Below are positions 51,323 to 62,944 of a DNA stretch of 64,000 nucleotides, one piece after another. Positions within the stretch are counted from its first letter, which is position 1, and every line of letters starts with the position of its first letter. The DNA is from Mobula hypostoma. Lineage: Eukaryota. The notes under the pieces were generated by a model that made no database searches, had not been told where the DNA came from, and was given only the letters and a program-made list of their open reading frames with translations. The position numbers were made by a program, and so were the translations under genes. The stretch is from contig NC_086101.1 of the NCBI RefSeq assembly GCF_963921235.1, positions 75,330,001 through 75,394,000 on the forward strand, in the 5' to 3' direction.

Positions 51323-52863
51323 TCATATTTCAAAATTAATGTTTTGCCACAAAAATATACAGTCCGTGAGCCTGAGCATCAGGAATGTTGCAGGAGCCTG
51401 CAGTCGAACACAATACAGTGTCTTATACCAAGCAAACAATGGGGACAGCACCAACTGCACCCTCCACACCACCTCTGGTGGAGTACACTGACTCCGCCTC
51501 TTTCCTGGGCGGCTGTAAACAGGCAACACCGCGGCTTGAGGCCTAGGTCTCACTATGACTGTGACCAGGCAGTTCTCCGCCATCTGTTCCTGCTGTCCAC
51601 CAATAAATCTGTGGATCAGACTTCCAGCATTCCACATTAACAATGTCCAACAGGGAGCTGCATTCACAAGAAAAGTGATGAAGCTGATCATTCACCTTCG
51701 TGCACCAACTCAAACCAACACAGGCAGTAGGCAAAATCTGCACAAAGTCCAGCTCCTTCAGTTTCTCTGCCAGCAAGCAACTCAGTGATGGGGTAGACCT
51801 GCGGTACTTTTAAGTTCTTAATGTCCAACTGGGTCTTGTAATCATGTAAAATATGGTTAAGAACGATAATAACATCTTTAGTTGGCCCTGTGGAAGCCAC
51901 TGTGATCGGATGCGCAATCATCTCTCTGGAAGTCCAAGGGAAAGGAATAACAAGGAGGACTACATGCTGATTTCATCTGTTAAGCTTCTCGTTCTGATAT
52001 TGGGACACTTCAAAGAATAACTCGAAAACTCACTGCTCAAACTAACCACAAGTGAATCTTGGAAGAGCATAGCTATTGTTTCATTTAGCTTAATGATCAT
52101 CCTTCAGGTACCACAAGTCTGCGACCAGGGCTAGGAAGAGAAGCCAAGAGAGAATGGCTAGGAACAGAGGGTGGCTAGGAATGGGGCACAATTGGGTTGA
52201 GTTTTTTCTGATGTTGGCAATTGACTTGCAAAAGTTTCGTCACCATGCGAGGAGATGTTATCAGTGTGCTGTTAATTGTGGTGTGTCCTCTGAATGCTTG
52301 ACCTACATTTACTTATCAATCAGCTGATTGGTTGTCATTATGGAAACTCACTTGTGACGTTGGGAGGTGGTCTCATTTGCTGATTTTTTGCATGGTGAAC
52401 TTTCTGCGTTGTGGTCTGGAACTTTGCCAGCATTGGCTCATAAATGGGATCAAGGTCTACATGTCATTCTAGGAATTAACTAGAATGGGACATGACTCCA
52501 GGAGGGTGGCTGACTCCAAAGAAGCAGACAGAAGCATGCACACTTATGGAGAACCCCTCCATTGTGAAATCCATCTCCTATGTTCCTGAGTGCTTGCTGA
52601 CAGAGTTTAGCTAACAGAGAGATTACTCATCTGTTTTTCCCCTGATTTTGTGTTTCACTTAAGATGAACAATTAGGAAAACTGTTTTGGAAAAAGTAACC
52701 CAGAAAGATTTCAATATTAAATGTTATAGAATCAAAGGCCATCCATTGGAACAGATATATACGTATATCCCTCTCTATCTTTTCTAATCTTAAATTATAA
52801 TTAAGACATTATTTGTAAAATGACAGCAATTCCAAAAGAAAATTCACATTTTTTTCCTTCCAG

Positions 52864-52971
52864 CTGAAGTATAAAGAAGCTTATGAACACATGAAAGCTA
52901 AAGGCTACACATTGATCCCTGAAACCATCAGCATCACAGCAGCCAAGAAAGCAGATGCCATCTTGAACCAG
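52864..52971 (+). CDS. NEB: Nebulin exon 24, LKYKEAYEHMKAKGYTL...LNQ
   Basis: ttccag| and |gtactg; 108 nt. Confidence 0.94.
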
Positions 52972-53062
52972 GTACTGCTGAGATAATCTTATTTATCACC
53001 AAATCTCAATGTCTTATATGTCTTTGTGCGCATGATGCATTTGTTGTTTTACCCTTTTACAG

Positions 53063-53167
53063 CGACTGTATCGATTAAAATATGACATGCTGAAAGACAA
53101 GATTCATACCTCTCCTGACACTCCGGAAATTCGTCAAGTCAAAGCCACGCAGGAAGCAGTCAGCGAT
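53063..53167 (+). CDS. NEB: Nebulin exon 25, RLYRLKYDMLKDKIHTSPDTPEIRQVK...VSD
   Basis: ttacag| and |gtaagt; 105 nt. Confidence 0.96.
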
Positions 53168-53249
53168 GTAAGTTTATCAACTGAACAAATCTTGCCCTAG
53201 CAATTACACCGAGTTGATTTAAAGGGGTGCAAAGAATTAAATGTGACCG

Positions 53250-53716
53250 AATTGGAGGCCCAATATGTTGGCATGAACATTGATTTCTCCAATTTTAGAT
53301 AATTTTTTTCACCTCCTGCTTCCTTCTTCTTTGTTTCCCTACTCTGGCCTCTTACCTCTTCTCCTCGCCTGCATACTGCTTCCTCTTGGTGCACTTCCTC
53401 CTTCCCTTTCTTCCATGGTCCACTCTCCTCTCCTATCAGATTCCTTCTCCTCTAGCCCTTTGCCTTTTCCACATCACCTCCCAGCTTCTTTCTTCATCGT
53501 CCCCTCTCCCACCCACCTGGCTTCATCTATCACCTAATTGTCCTCCTCATCCTCCCCCACCACTTCTTCCTCTGGCATCTTCACCCTTCCTTTCCAGTCC
53601 TGATGAAGGGTCTCGGCCCGAAACATTGACTGTTTATTAATTTCCATAGACGCTGCCTGACCTATTTTTGTGTGTGTTGCTTTGGATTTCCAGCATCTGC
53701 AGGATCTCCTGTGTTT
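53250..53716 (+). mobile_element. Penelope-like pLTR fragment filling most of a 578-nt intron
   Basis: ggcatgaacattgatttctc ORF end, pyrimidine tract, hammerhead, gctttggatttccagcatctgcag tail. Confidence 0.8.
53595..53632 (+). ncRNA. Minimal type I hammerhead motif, sense to NEB
   Basis: CAGUC-CUGAUGA-A-GGGUcucgGCCC-GAAA-C-AUU-GACUG; perfect 5-bp stem I. Confidence 0.7.
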
Positions 53717-53745
53717 ATTAAATGTGATTTCGTTTTTTGCCATAG

Positions 53746-53850
53746 CTGTCCTATAAGTCCGAGTACTTCTTGCACAAGGGGGAGATGATTTCTCTTCCTA
53801 TCACTCCTGAGCTGATCCATCATCGATATGTGGGTGAAATAACCAGCGAT
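53746..53850 (+). CDS. NEB: Nebulin exon 26, LSYKSEYFLHKGEMISLP...ITSD
   Basis: ccatag| and |gtaagc; 105 nt. Confidence 0.95.
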
Positions 53851-53949
53851 GTAAGCATCAAATCCATTCTTGCTTCTTGCACATTTTGTTTAAACTTTAT
53901 ACTAAGTGCTTCATGGTCAATACTAAGACTGTGACTATCTCACATATAG

Positions 53950-54048
53950 AATAAGTACAAGGAAGATCTTCAGTGGCTGAAGGGCACCGGATGCTTCCTG
54001 TATGAAACTCCTGAAATGGTCCGAGTGCGTGATTTCCACAAGTTCTGG
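53950..54048 (+). CDS. NEB: Nebulin exon 27, 33 aa NKYKEDLQWLKGTGCFLYETP...HKFW
   Basis: atatag| and |gtatgc; WLKG motif. Confidence 0.93.
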
Positions 54049-54714
54049 GTATGCTTTCCTTTTGTAATCCTAGTGTCCATCTGTCTTCTACCAGTGCCAG
54101 GTACTGTAAGTGAAAGACAATTGTGATTTTACAATGAGGTATCACTGTAATGCAAGGATTTCTGTTACAAAATACAATGTGCCAATGTAAAGCTTGGTCT
54201 TCATTACTGAATTGCAATGGGAAACATCTGGGATTCTGTAACAGGGAAGGGTTTAAATCAATCCTGCTTTTGTAACCAAACAAACGTAGCACTCATCAGT
54301 CCTGGGATGAATAGGGGATGGAGAATTTTATTTTTAATAGATGAGAGCAAATTGGAAACATAATATTTGTTGGAAATTATATTCTGATTTAGTTGTACTG
54401 AGACTGACAAAACTGAATTTCAGAAGCAGAGTGCACTGCAAGATTAAATTAACCCACAAAGAGTAAGTTTCTAGTGATGCAATGCTTGGTGCCTGTTAAT
54501 GTTAAAGCAGATTGGAGAGTGGTCTAGAGAGCAGCCCTTCACCTTGCTTTGCGGCTAGGTTATGTCAGTAAGTGTGAGCCACAATCCCGTTACATTTTCA
54601 GCGCCTTAACATTCCTTATTGTGAGGCAGAAGCAGCAAATCTGAAGTACAAAGAGCTCATAATGTTCAGTAAGCGAGGAATCATCTGTAGAGAGAGAGAG
54701 ACAGAAGCAGGTGC

Positions 54715-55250
54715 CTAATTTGGAGTATTGTGTACAGTTTTGGTCAATGACTACAGAAAAGATGTCAATAATGTTGAAAGAGTACAGAGAACATTTTCAA
54801 GGATATTGCCGGGACTGGAGAACCTGAGTTATAAGGAAAGATTGAATAGTTAAGACTTTATTCCTTGGAACACAGAGATTGTGGGAAGATTTGATAGAGG
54901 TATACAAAATTATGAGGTGTATCGATAGGGTAAATGCAAGCAGATTTTATCCACTGAGGTTGGATGGGACTACAACTAGAGGACATGGATTAAGGGTGAA
55001 GGGTGAAAAGTTTAAGAGGAAACATGAGGGTAAACTTCTTCACTCAGAGTATTGTGACAGTGTGAAATGAGCAGCCAATGTAAGTGGTGCTTGCGAGTTT
55101 GATTTCAATGCTTAAGAGAAGTTTGGGTGAGAGGGATATGGAGGGCTATGGTCCTGGTGTAGCTTGATGGGAGTAGACAGTTTAAACATTTTGGCACGGA
55201 CTAGATGGGCTGAAGGGCTGTTTCTATGCTGTACTTTTCTATAACTCTTG
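54715..55250 (+). mobile_element. CR1 LINE 3' fragment
   Basis: LEYCVQFWS, DLIEVYKIMR, TTRGHGLRVKG. Confidence 0.82.
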
Positions 55251-55422
55251 GTAAATTGTCAGTATGAAGGGCTTTCATTAGTTCTTTTAAAAGAAAGCTG
55301 TAGTCCAGCAACAACAGGTATTTAAGTAGATGACATTATTGAAATCATTTAAGCACGTAATGTAGTAAAAGAAATAAAGAAAATAAAACCTTCATTTTAA
55401 CTTCTTTTTGTATGTTTTTCAG

Positions 55423-55527
55423 TCTGGCTACGACAAAGTTGCCAAGAAAATGCTTGACAAACATACTTCTGTCCTTAATACTCCTGAATACAGACGTGTG
55501 ACAGAACTGAAGACTCACTTGAGCAAT
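55423..55527 (+). CDS. NEB: Nebulin exon 28, SGYDKVAKKMLDKH...ELKTHLSN
   Basis: tttcag| and |gtaagt; 105 nt. Confidence 0.92.
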
Positions 55528-55866
55528 GTAAGTATATAGTCTTGGGGTCACCCTGTACTGATCAAGAGAATACAATATTTTGCCATTTTTAATAGCTAAT
55601 GGGTAGTTATTTGAAATTCTAGGATGGTGTAGAATGATTCTAGAGGGCGTAGGTTTAAGGTCATGGGTCAGAGATAACCCTTAACCCCTGACCATTCAGT
55701 AACATAGCAACTTCTTCCTTAAATAGTGACTTGGCCTCCACGGCTTTCTGTAGCAGCAAATTCCACAGATTCACCACCCTCTAGCTGAAGATTTTCTTTC
55801 TCATCTCAGCTTTAAAGGGACGCCCCTTTATTGTGAGGCTGTGTCCTCAGAACCTAGACTCTCCAA

Positions 55867-56378
55867 CAGTACTGTCTGAAAGTCTTAGGTACATATATAT
55901 GACTAGGTTGCTTAAGACTTTTCCACAATACTGCATTTGTCAACTTGGAGTGGAGAGTGAGTTCGTAAATCTGTTGGGAGCAAAGGATGTTGGAGATGGT
56001 AAGGTTGGAGCACCATGAGAGGGGTCTGAGACAGGTGACAGAGAAGGATTACCAGGGGTGGATGTTGGTGTGGGTGCAAATACACCCAGCCCCGAGACAC
56101 CAGGCAAGGTCATTTGAATCCAAACAGTTGGTTTATTGATCATTAAGAGTGTCTCTCTGATGCTTCCTGCTCCTTCCCCTCTCCCTTCCTCTTTTCCCAA
56201 CCAGGATTCCCCCACCCCTGCCCCCTTCCCACCCTCAGTCCACAATAAAACCCATATCAAAAGCAGGTTTATCATCACTCACATTGTCATGAAATTTGTG
56301 GCAGCTGTACAGTACAACACATAAAACTGCTACAGTACTCTGCTTAGGCACTCTAGCTATATGTATGTACCTAAGACC
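55867..56378 (+). mobile_element. Composite non-autonomous Tc1-like element, copy 3
   Basis: cagtactgtctgaaagtcttagg left hairpin; right hairpin partly deleted; interrupts a CR1 fragment. Confidence 0.72.
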
Positions 56379-57030
56379 CTGTGGCCCATGATGTTGTATC
56401 ATCCTATATAAATCAGTTCCACCATCAATCTAAACCCTCCCTCCTTCATATCCCATAACCCTCCATCTTTCTTACATCCATGTGCCTGTCTACAAATGGA
56501 AACATCCTCTCTAACCAGTCCTTTTAGTATTCAGCTAGGATTCATTGAGATCCCTCCCTCCGATCTTCTGAGCTCCGTCGAATTTAGGCCTGGATCTATC
56601 TAGCACTCCCATACATTAAGCCCGTATCAAGGTGAGAAACATCGATGTTTGCATTCACATTGTTTATGCTTTGTTGTGTTGCTCGGCTCGTCGGAGGTTT
56701 CTATTCTTCTCTCCTCCTTATCAAGGCCCAAATCCTTTTGTGTTTATTCTGACTGAAGAGGTGAAGTCAAACTTCAGATTCCTAATTGGAGCCAGCCACT
56801 TTCTGTGGTAGACTTGACAATCCAGTACCATAGCCAAAGAGGTCCATGGCAATATTGAGTGTCAGTCCAGCCTGGTTAACCTAAGTGACCTATCATTGTG
56901 TCTGAGGATCTTCTTACTTGTCACCAGTACAGAGTTGTTAACCCATCTGTACAGATGACTTTACCCAGGCAAGCCCTGCACAGCTAATACATACTCTTGA
57001 CTGATGAATTGTGAAGTCTTAGTGTTTATA

Positions 57031-60000
57031 ACTCAGATTGAGTTCTCAGTATTCTCAAGAGGGAGGGTGAGATGTCGTGGTCCATGTAGGGACCAGTGAC
57101 GTGGATAGGAAGAAGGAGGAGGTCCTGCAAAGAGAGTTTAGGGAGTTAGGTGCAAAGTTGAAGGACAGGACCTCCAGGGTTGCAATCTCAGGATTGCTAC
57201 CTGTGCCACGTGCTAGTGAGGCTAGAAATAGGAAGATAATGCAGCTAAGGAGTTGGTGCAGGAGGGAGAGCTTCATGTTTCTGGACAATTGGGCATTGTT
57301 CCAGGGAAGGTGGGACCTGTTCCAACAGGACGGGTTGCACCTGAACTGGAGGGGAACTAACATCCTTGTGGAAAGGTTTGCTAGTGCTGCTCCAGGGGAT
57401 TTAAACTAGATTTGCAGGGGGAGGGGAACCAGAGTGTTAGAGCAGATAGTGAGGTGGAGGAGGATAAAGGTCATGCAAGAACTGCAAGTGTAGTGCACGG
57501 AGTAAAGCCAGATCTAGCATATAAAGAGGCTTTGATGAAAGAGAAACAGAATAAAGGGTGTAAAGGTAGTAAGGTAGAAGGGCTAAAGTGCATGTACTTC
57601 AATTCAAGAAGCATCAGGAAGAAAGGTGATGAACTGAGAGCTTGGATACGTACATGGAATTATGATGTAGTGGCCATTACACAGACTTGGCTGGCACCAG
57701 GGCAGGAATGGATTTCAGTGTTTTAAAAGGGATAGTGAGGGGGGAAAAGGGGAGGAGTGGTGGCATTACTGATCAGGGATACTATTACAGCTACAGAAAG
57801 GGTGGGTAATGTAGCAGGATCCTTTTTTGAGTCAATATGGGTTGAAGTCAGGAACAGGAAGGGAGCAGTTACTCTATTGGGAATATTGTATAGGCCCCCT
57901 GGTAGCAGCAGAGATACTGAGGAGCAGATTGGGAGGCAGATTTTGGAAAGGTGCAAAAATAACAGGGTTGTTATCATGGATGACTTTAACTTCCCTAATA
58001 TTGATTGATACCTGATTAGTTCCAATGGTTTAGATGGGGCAGAGTTTGTTAAGTGTGTCCAGGACGGATTCCTGTCACAGTATGTTGACAGGCTGACTAG
58101 GGGGAATGCCATATTAGATCTAGTAATAGGTAATGAACCAGCTCAGGTCACAGATCTCTCAGTGGGTGAGCATCTAGGGGACAGTGACCACCGCTCCCTG
58201 GCCTTTGACATTATCATGGAAAAGGATAGAATCAGAGAGGACAGGAAAATTTTTTACTGGGGAAGGGCAAATTGTGAGGCTATAAGGCTAGAACTTGCGG
58301 GTCTGAATTGGGATGAAGTTTTTGCAGGGAAATGTACTATGGACACGTGGTCGATGTTTAGGGATCTCTTGCAGGATGTTAGGGAGCTTAGGAAGGGGTT
58401 GAAGAGAGCAAGAAGGGGGCATGAGAAGGCCTTGGCGAGTAGGGTAAAGGAAAACCCCAAGACATTCTTCAATTATGTGAAGAACAAAAGGATGACAGGA
58501 GTGAAGATAGGACCAATTAGAGATAAAGGTGGGAAGATGTGCCTGGAGGATGTGGAAGTGAGCGAGGCCCTCAATGAATACTTCTCTTTGGTATTCACCA
58601 ATGAGAGGGAACTTGATGACAGTGAGGACAATATGAGTGAGGTTGATGTTCTGGAGCATGTTGATATTAAGGGAGAGGAGGTGTTGGAGTTGTTAAAATA
58701 CATTAGGACAGGTAAGTCCCTGAGGCCTGACGGCATATTCCCTAGGCTGCTCCACGAGGCGGGGGAAGAGATTGCTGAGCCTCTGGCTAGGATTTTTATG
58801 TCCTCGTTGTCCACGGGAATGGTACCAGAGGATTGGAGGGAGGCAAATGTTGTCCCCTTGTTCAAAAAAGTTAGTAAGGATAGTCCGTGTAATTATAGAC
58901 CAGTGAGCCTTACGTCTGTGGTGGGAAGGCTGTTGGAAAAGATTCTTAGAGATAGGATCTATGGACACTTAGAGAACTATGGTCTGATCAGGGACAGTTA
59001 GCATGGCTTTGTGAAGGGCAGATCATGTCTAACAAGCCTGATAGAGTTCTTTGAGGAGGTGACCAGGTATATAGATGAAAGTAGTGCAGTGGATGTGATC
59101 TATATGGATTTTAGTAAGGCATTTGACAAGGTTGCACGCCGTAGGCTTATTCAGAAAGTCAGAAGGCATGGGATCCAGGGAAGTTTGGCCAGGTGGATTC
59201 AGAATTGGCTTGCCTGCAGAAGGCAGAGGGTCGTGGTGGAGGGAGTACATTCGGATTGGAGAGTTGTGACTAGTGGTGTCCCACAAGGATCAGTTCTGGG
59301 ACCTCTACTTTTCGTGATTTTTATTAACGATCTGGATGTAGGGGTAGAAGGGTGGGTTGGCAAGTTTGCAGACGACAGAAAGGTTGGTGGTGTGGATAGT
59401 GTAGAGGATTGTTGCAGATTACAGAGAGACATTGATCGGATGCAGAAGTGGGCTGAGAAGTGGCAGATGGAGTTCAACCTGGAGAAGTGTGAGGTGGTAC
59501 ACTTTGGAAGGACCAACTCCAAGGCAGAGTACAAAGTAAATGGTAGGATACTTGGAAGCGTGGAGGAGCAGAGGGATCTGGGGGTACATGTCCACAGATC
59601 CCTGAATGTTGCCTCACAGGTAGATAGGGTAGTTAAGAAAGCTTATGGAGTGTTAGCTTTCATAAGTCGAGGGATAAAGTTTAAGAGTTGCGGGGCAATG
59701 ATGCAGCTCCATAAAACTCTGGTTAGGCCACACTTGGAGTACTGTGTCCAGTTCTGGTCGCCTCACTATAGGAAGGATGTGGAAGCATTGGAAAGGGTAC
59801 AGAGGAGATTTACCAGGATGCTGCCTGATTTAGAGAGTATGCATTATGATCAGAGATTAAGGGAGCTGGGGCTTTACTCTCTGGAGAGGAGGAGGATGAG
59901 AGGAGACATGATAGAGGTGTACAAGAAAATAAGAGGAATAGATAGAGTGGACAGCCAGTGCCTCTTCCCCAGGGCACCACTGCTCAATACAAGAGGACAT

Positions 60001-60250
60001 GGCTTTATGGTAAGGGGTGGGAAGTTCAAAGGGGATATTAGAAGAAGGTTTTTTACTCAGAGAGTGGTTAGTGCGTGGAATGCACTGCCTGAGTCAGTGG
60101 TGGAAGCAGATACACTCGTGAAGTTTAAGAGACTACTAGACAGTGTATGGAGGAATTTAAGGTGGGGGTTATATGGGAGGCAGGATTTAAGGGTCGGTAC
60201 AACATTATGGGCCAAAGGGCCTGTACTGTGCTGTACTGTTCTATGTTCTA
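57031..60250 (+). mobile_element. Relatively young CR1 LINE (ORF1 C-terminus + ORF2, few stops, internal deletions)
   Basis: VHVGTSD, DGLHLN; YRPP, GDSDH, YRPVSLTS, DFSKAFDKV, GVPQGSVLGP, KFADD; ctgtgctgtactgttctatgttcta 3' end. Confidence 0.95.
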
Positions 60251-60299
60251 TAATTTGCTGCTCTACTGCGAAGTCTCTTTGAGCTATGCCTACCCTGAA

Positions 60300-60662
60300 G
60301 ATGTTTAAATTTCTTCGACAGGTGTTCAATGAGACCCTCTCTCACTGCTCTCCCTTTGTGATCTCAGCTGCCCTCTGACTCATTGACTATCTACTGACCC
60401 GGACCTGCTTCCACAGCCACATATCCTTCCTGGAAGCTTGTCTTCACCACCATCTTTTTCTTCACCTATCACCTTCCAGCTAGCCTTTTTCCCCACCTTT
60501 TATTCTGGCATCTTCCCCCTTCCTTTCCAGTCCAGAAGAAGGGTCATCAGCCCAAAATGTCGACTGTTTATTCCTCTCCATAGACGCTGCCTGACCTGAG
60601 TTCCTGCAGCATTTCGTGTGTTCCTTTCAACTTCCAGCTCCTGCAGAGTTCTTTGTGTTTAT
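60300..60662 (+). mobile_element. Penelope-like pieces with degenerate hammerhead (60528-60566)
   Basis: Homology to the other pLTR copies; core reads CAGAAGA/AAAA. Confidence 0.65.
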
Positions 60663-61079
60663 GACTTGCCGCTCCATTAGGCATTTGGGAATCCTTAATA
60701 TTTGTCCTTACCAACCTCACCTGGGTTCTTTGGAAGAATGTATCTTTAGCAAAAGCAATCTCTTTAGTCTATTTGGCCATTCCAGTAAATCAGGGCCGTC
60801 TTGGCCCTTGATACTGTTTACCCCTCATAATTCCATCTCCCCTTTGTCGAACAAAAATCAATCGGAGGGACCACATCTATTCCAGGAATAGGGATAATAT
60901 GTGCGGTCTATATTCATAACAATTGCTACATGAGGATTTAACTCATTACAGAAGTACTTATGGTATGATTTTGAATTGTATTATGCACTCAGATCTGAGA
61001 ATGGTTCAAACATAAGCCATTTTTATTATTATTTTTGTTGGCATTCATCACACACTTACACATTTCTTGCCAATTTTAG

Positions 61080-61184
61080 CTGGTGTACCGTGCTGAAGGA
61101 AACAAAGCAAAGACTCGGTACACAACAACACTGGGAACGGTGGATCTCAACCGAGCCAAATATGGTCAGCATATTCAAAGCCAG
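61080..61184 (+). CDS. NEB: Nebulin exon 29, LVYRAEGNKAK...IQSQ
   Basis: ttttag| and |gtacgt; 105 nt. Confidence 0.94.
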
Positions 61185-61634
61185 GTACGTATCCCATCCC
61201 TCCATTCAAGCAGGTTTTCCCAACCTGAGGCCCACCAATCGTTCAGTTAATGGGAAGGCTCCATGATATAACAAAGGTTGAGAACTCCTGCATGAGGGCA
61301 TTCTGACTGTGATTTCTGACACTCGCTCCCTTTCATCCTTCTTTGGGAATATTCTAATCGTTATACTGTCACCTTTAATGCCAGTTTTGATTACAGATGC
61401 TCAAATAATAACAATAATGATAATTTAGAACCAGTTTATTCCACTGATCAAAAGAAAATTATCAACTGGAATTTGCAGATGTGGGTATTCATGGGTGCAA
61501 AATAAAGGTGAAAAATAATTAGGTTTATATGGAATTGCTCGGAATAATTGAATTAGCTGTAGGTAATATTAAGGACACAGATTTAAAGTTAATAATTCAA
61601 GTAAGATTATAAATTAAAGACTGACAAATGTTAG

Positions 61635-61883
61635 TGTTGTGTATTTAATACTTTAGTAATATTTGAGTGATCTTGCATATATATTGTTTGATTAAGCATT
61701 CTTGTTCATTTAAATAATTAAATGCAGGTAATATGGAGAAATATGTGAATTGCATACGTCCTCATGCTATCACATGATATGCATGCACCTTGCTGAAAGT
61801 AATCTTGAAGTATAGACCCGCGTTTCAGACTCCTTTGTCTTCCTTTGAATTAGTTTAATGTTTTGCAGTGACAAAACATAACA
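61635..61883. mobile_element. Solo LTR of a second family, 249 bp
   Basis: tgttgtgt...acataaca terminal inverted match; 5-bp TSD GTTAG (61630-61634/61884-61888). Confidence 0.8.
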
Positions 61884-62115
61884 GTTAGGATCCAAGCTGC
61901 TTTAAATAACCAGATGGTTTACTTCTCTCCTTAATTCAGTCAGAAATATTCTAATTCAAAAGAGCAAATGATTCATTAGCAGAGATGAAAGGTTCAAAGG
62001 TTCAGTTCTAGAGTTTTGGTGTGCTGGTTTGAAATAATGCATGGACTGTGTGAAACCTGCTACGTATAGTTTATTATAACATCCTTTATTAATTCTGGTT
62101 AATTTTCTCCACCAG

Positions 62116-62220
62116 TACTTGTACGTTGAATTAGCTACAAAGGACAGACCACACTACACACCTCATGTACAAACCACATCGCTGGAACATGCCAAGCATG
62201 TCAAGCACTTTGCCAGTGAG
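62116..62220 (+). CDS. NEB: Nebulin exon 30, YLYVELATKDRPH...FASE
   Basis: caccag| and |gtaagc; 105 nt. Confidence 0.95.
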
Positions 62221-62944
62221 GTAAGCGGTCGATATTTGCTGATGGAAGAAATATGTGTCTTTTTTATGTATTCACTTCAGAAAATAAAAGAAATTGACTA
62301 TCAAATCACATAATTTTACTGAAAAGTTATTGAGCTGAATCTTATTGACCAAGAATCCTCACCATTACTGCTGTCAAAACAACCACAAATCGGACACGAG
62401 GCAGGTCCAGATTATAGCAAAACACTGCAAATGAAATAAAATGTGCGGGGTTACATTGGAAAGCAATAATAGATTGCATGGTCTCTTTGTATTCCTATGA
62501 TTACTAATGGCCATGGAAGTCATCTTTTGCTGAAAGGTCCAATTTGAACTTGCAGTTCCATACTCCTTTGCTAAAAAACTGTCATTTGTTGAATCTCAGG
62601 CGTTTTCTATTCCAGAGGACTGGGGAAGCTGGATAGCTATAGACTTTAATTTGGAGATGGATTTTTTTTGTTGAAAGATCATGGAATTAAAGGCTATAGG
62701 GAAATGGCACAGAGAAGGGAGGGAGGTGTAGTACAGGTCAGACATGGTGGGATTGAATAGTGAGGCATGCTTAGAGGGTCATGGTATACCCCTGTTCCTA
62801 TTTCTGGAATGTTCTACCTGTATGTTCAAAGCGCTTGTATGCAGCTATTTAAACAAGAAAGTTTAGCATTAAAATAAAACATAAACTTATAAACATTATA
62901 AAAGCACAATTGCAATGAATACAACTAATCCTTGTGCTGAATGA

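Noticed and set aside
59011-60282. 423-aa RT ORF as a domesticated host gene
   Set aside because: It is part of a CR1 copy with upstream stops and deletions and a standard CR1 3' tail; no sign of domestication.
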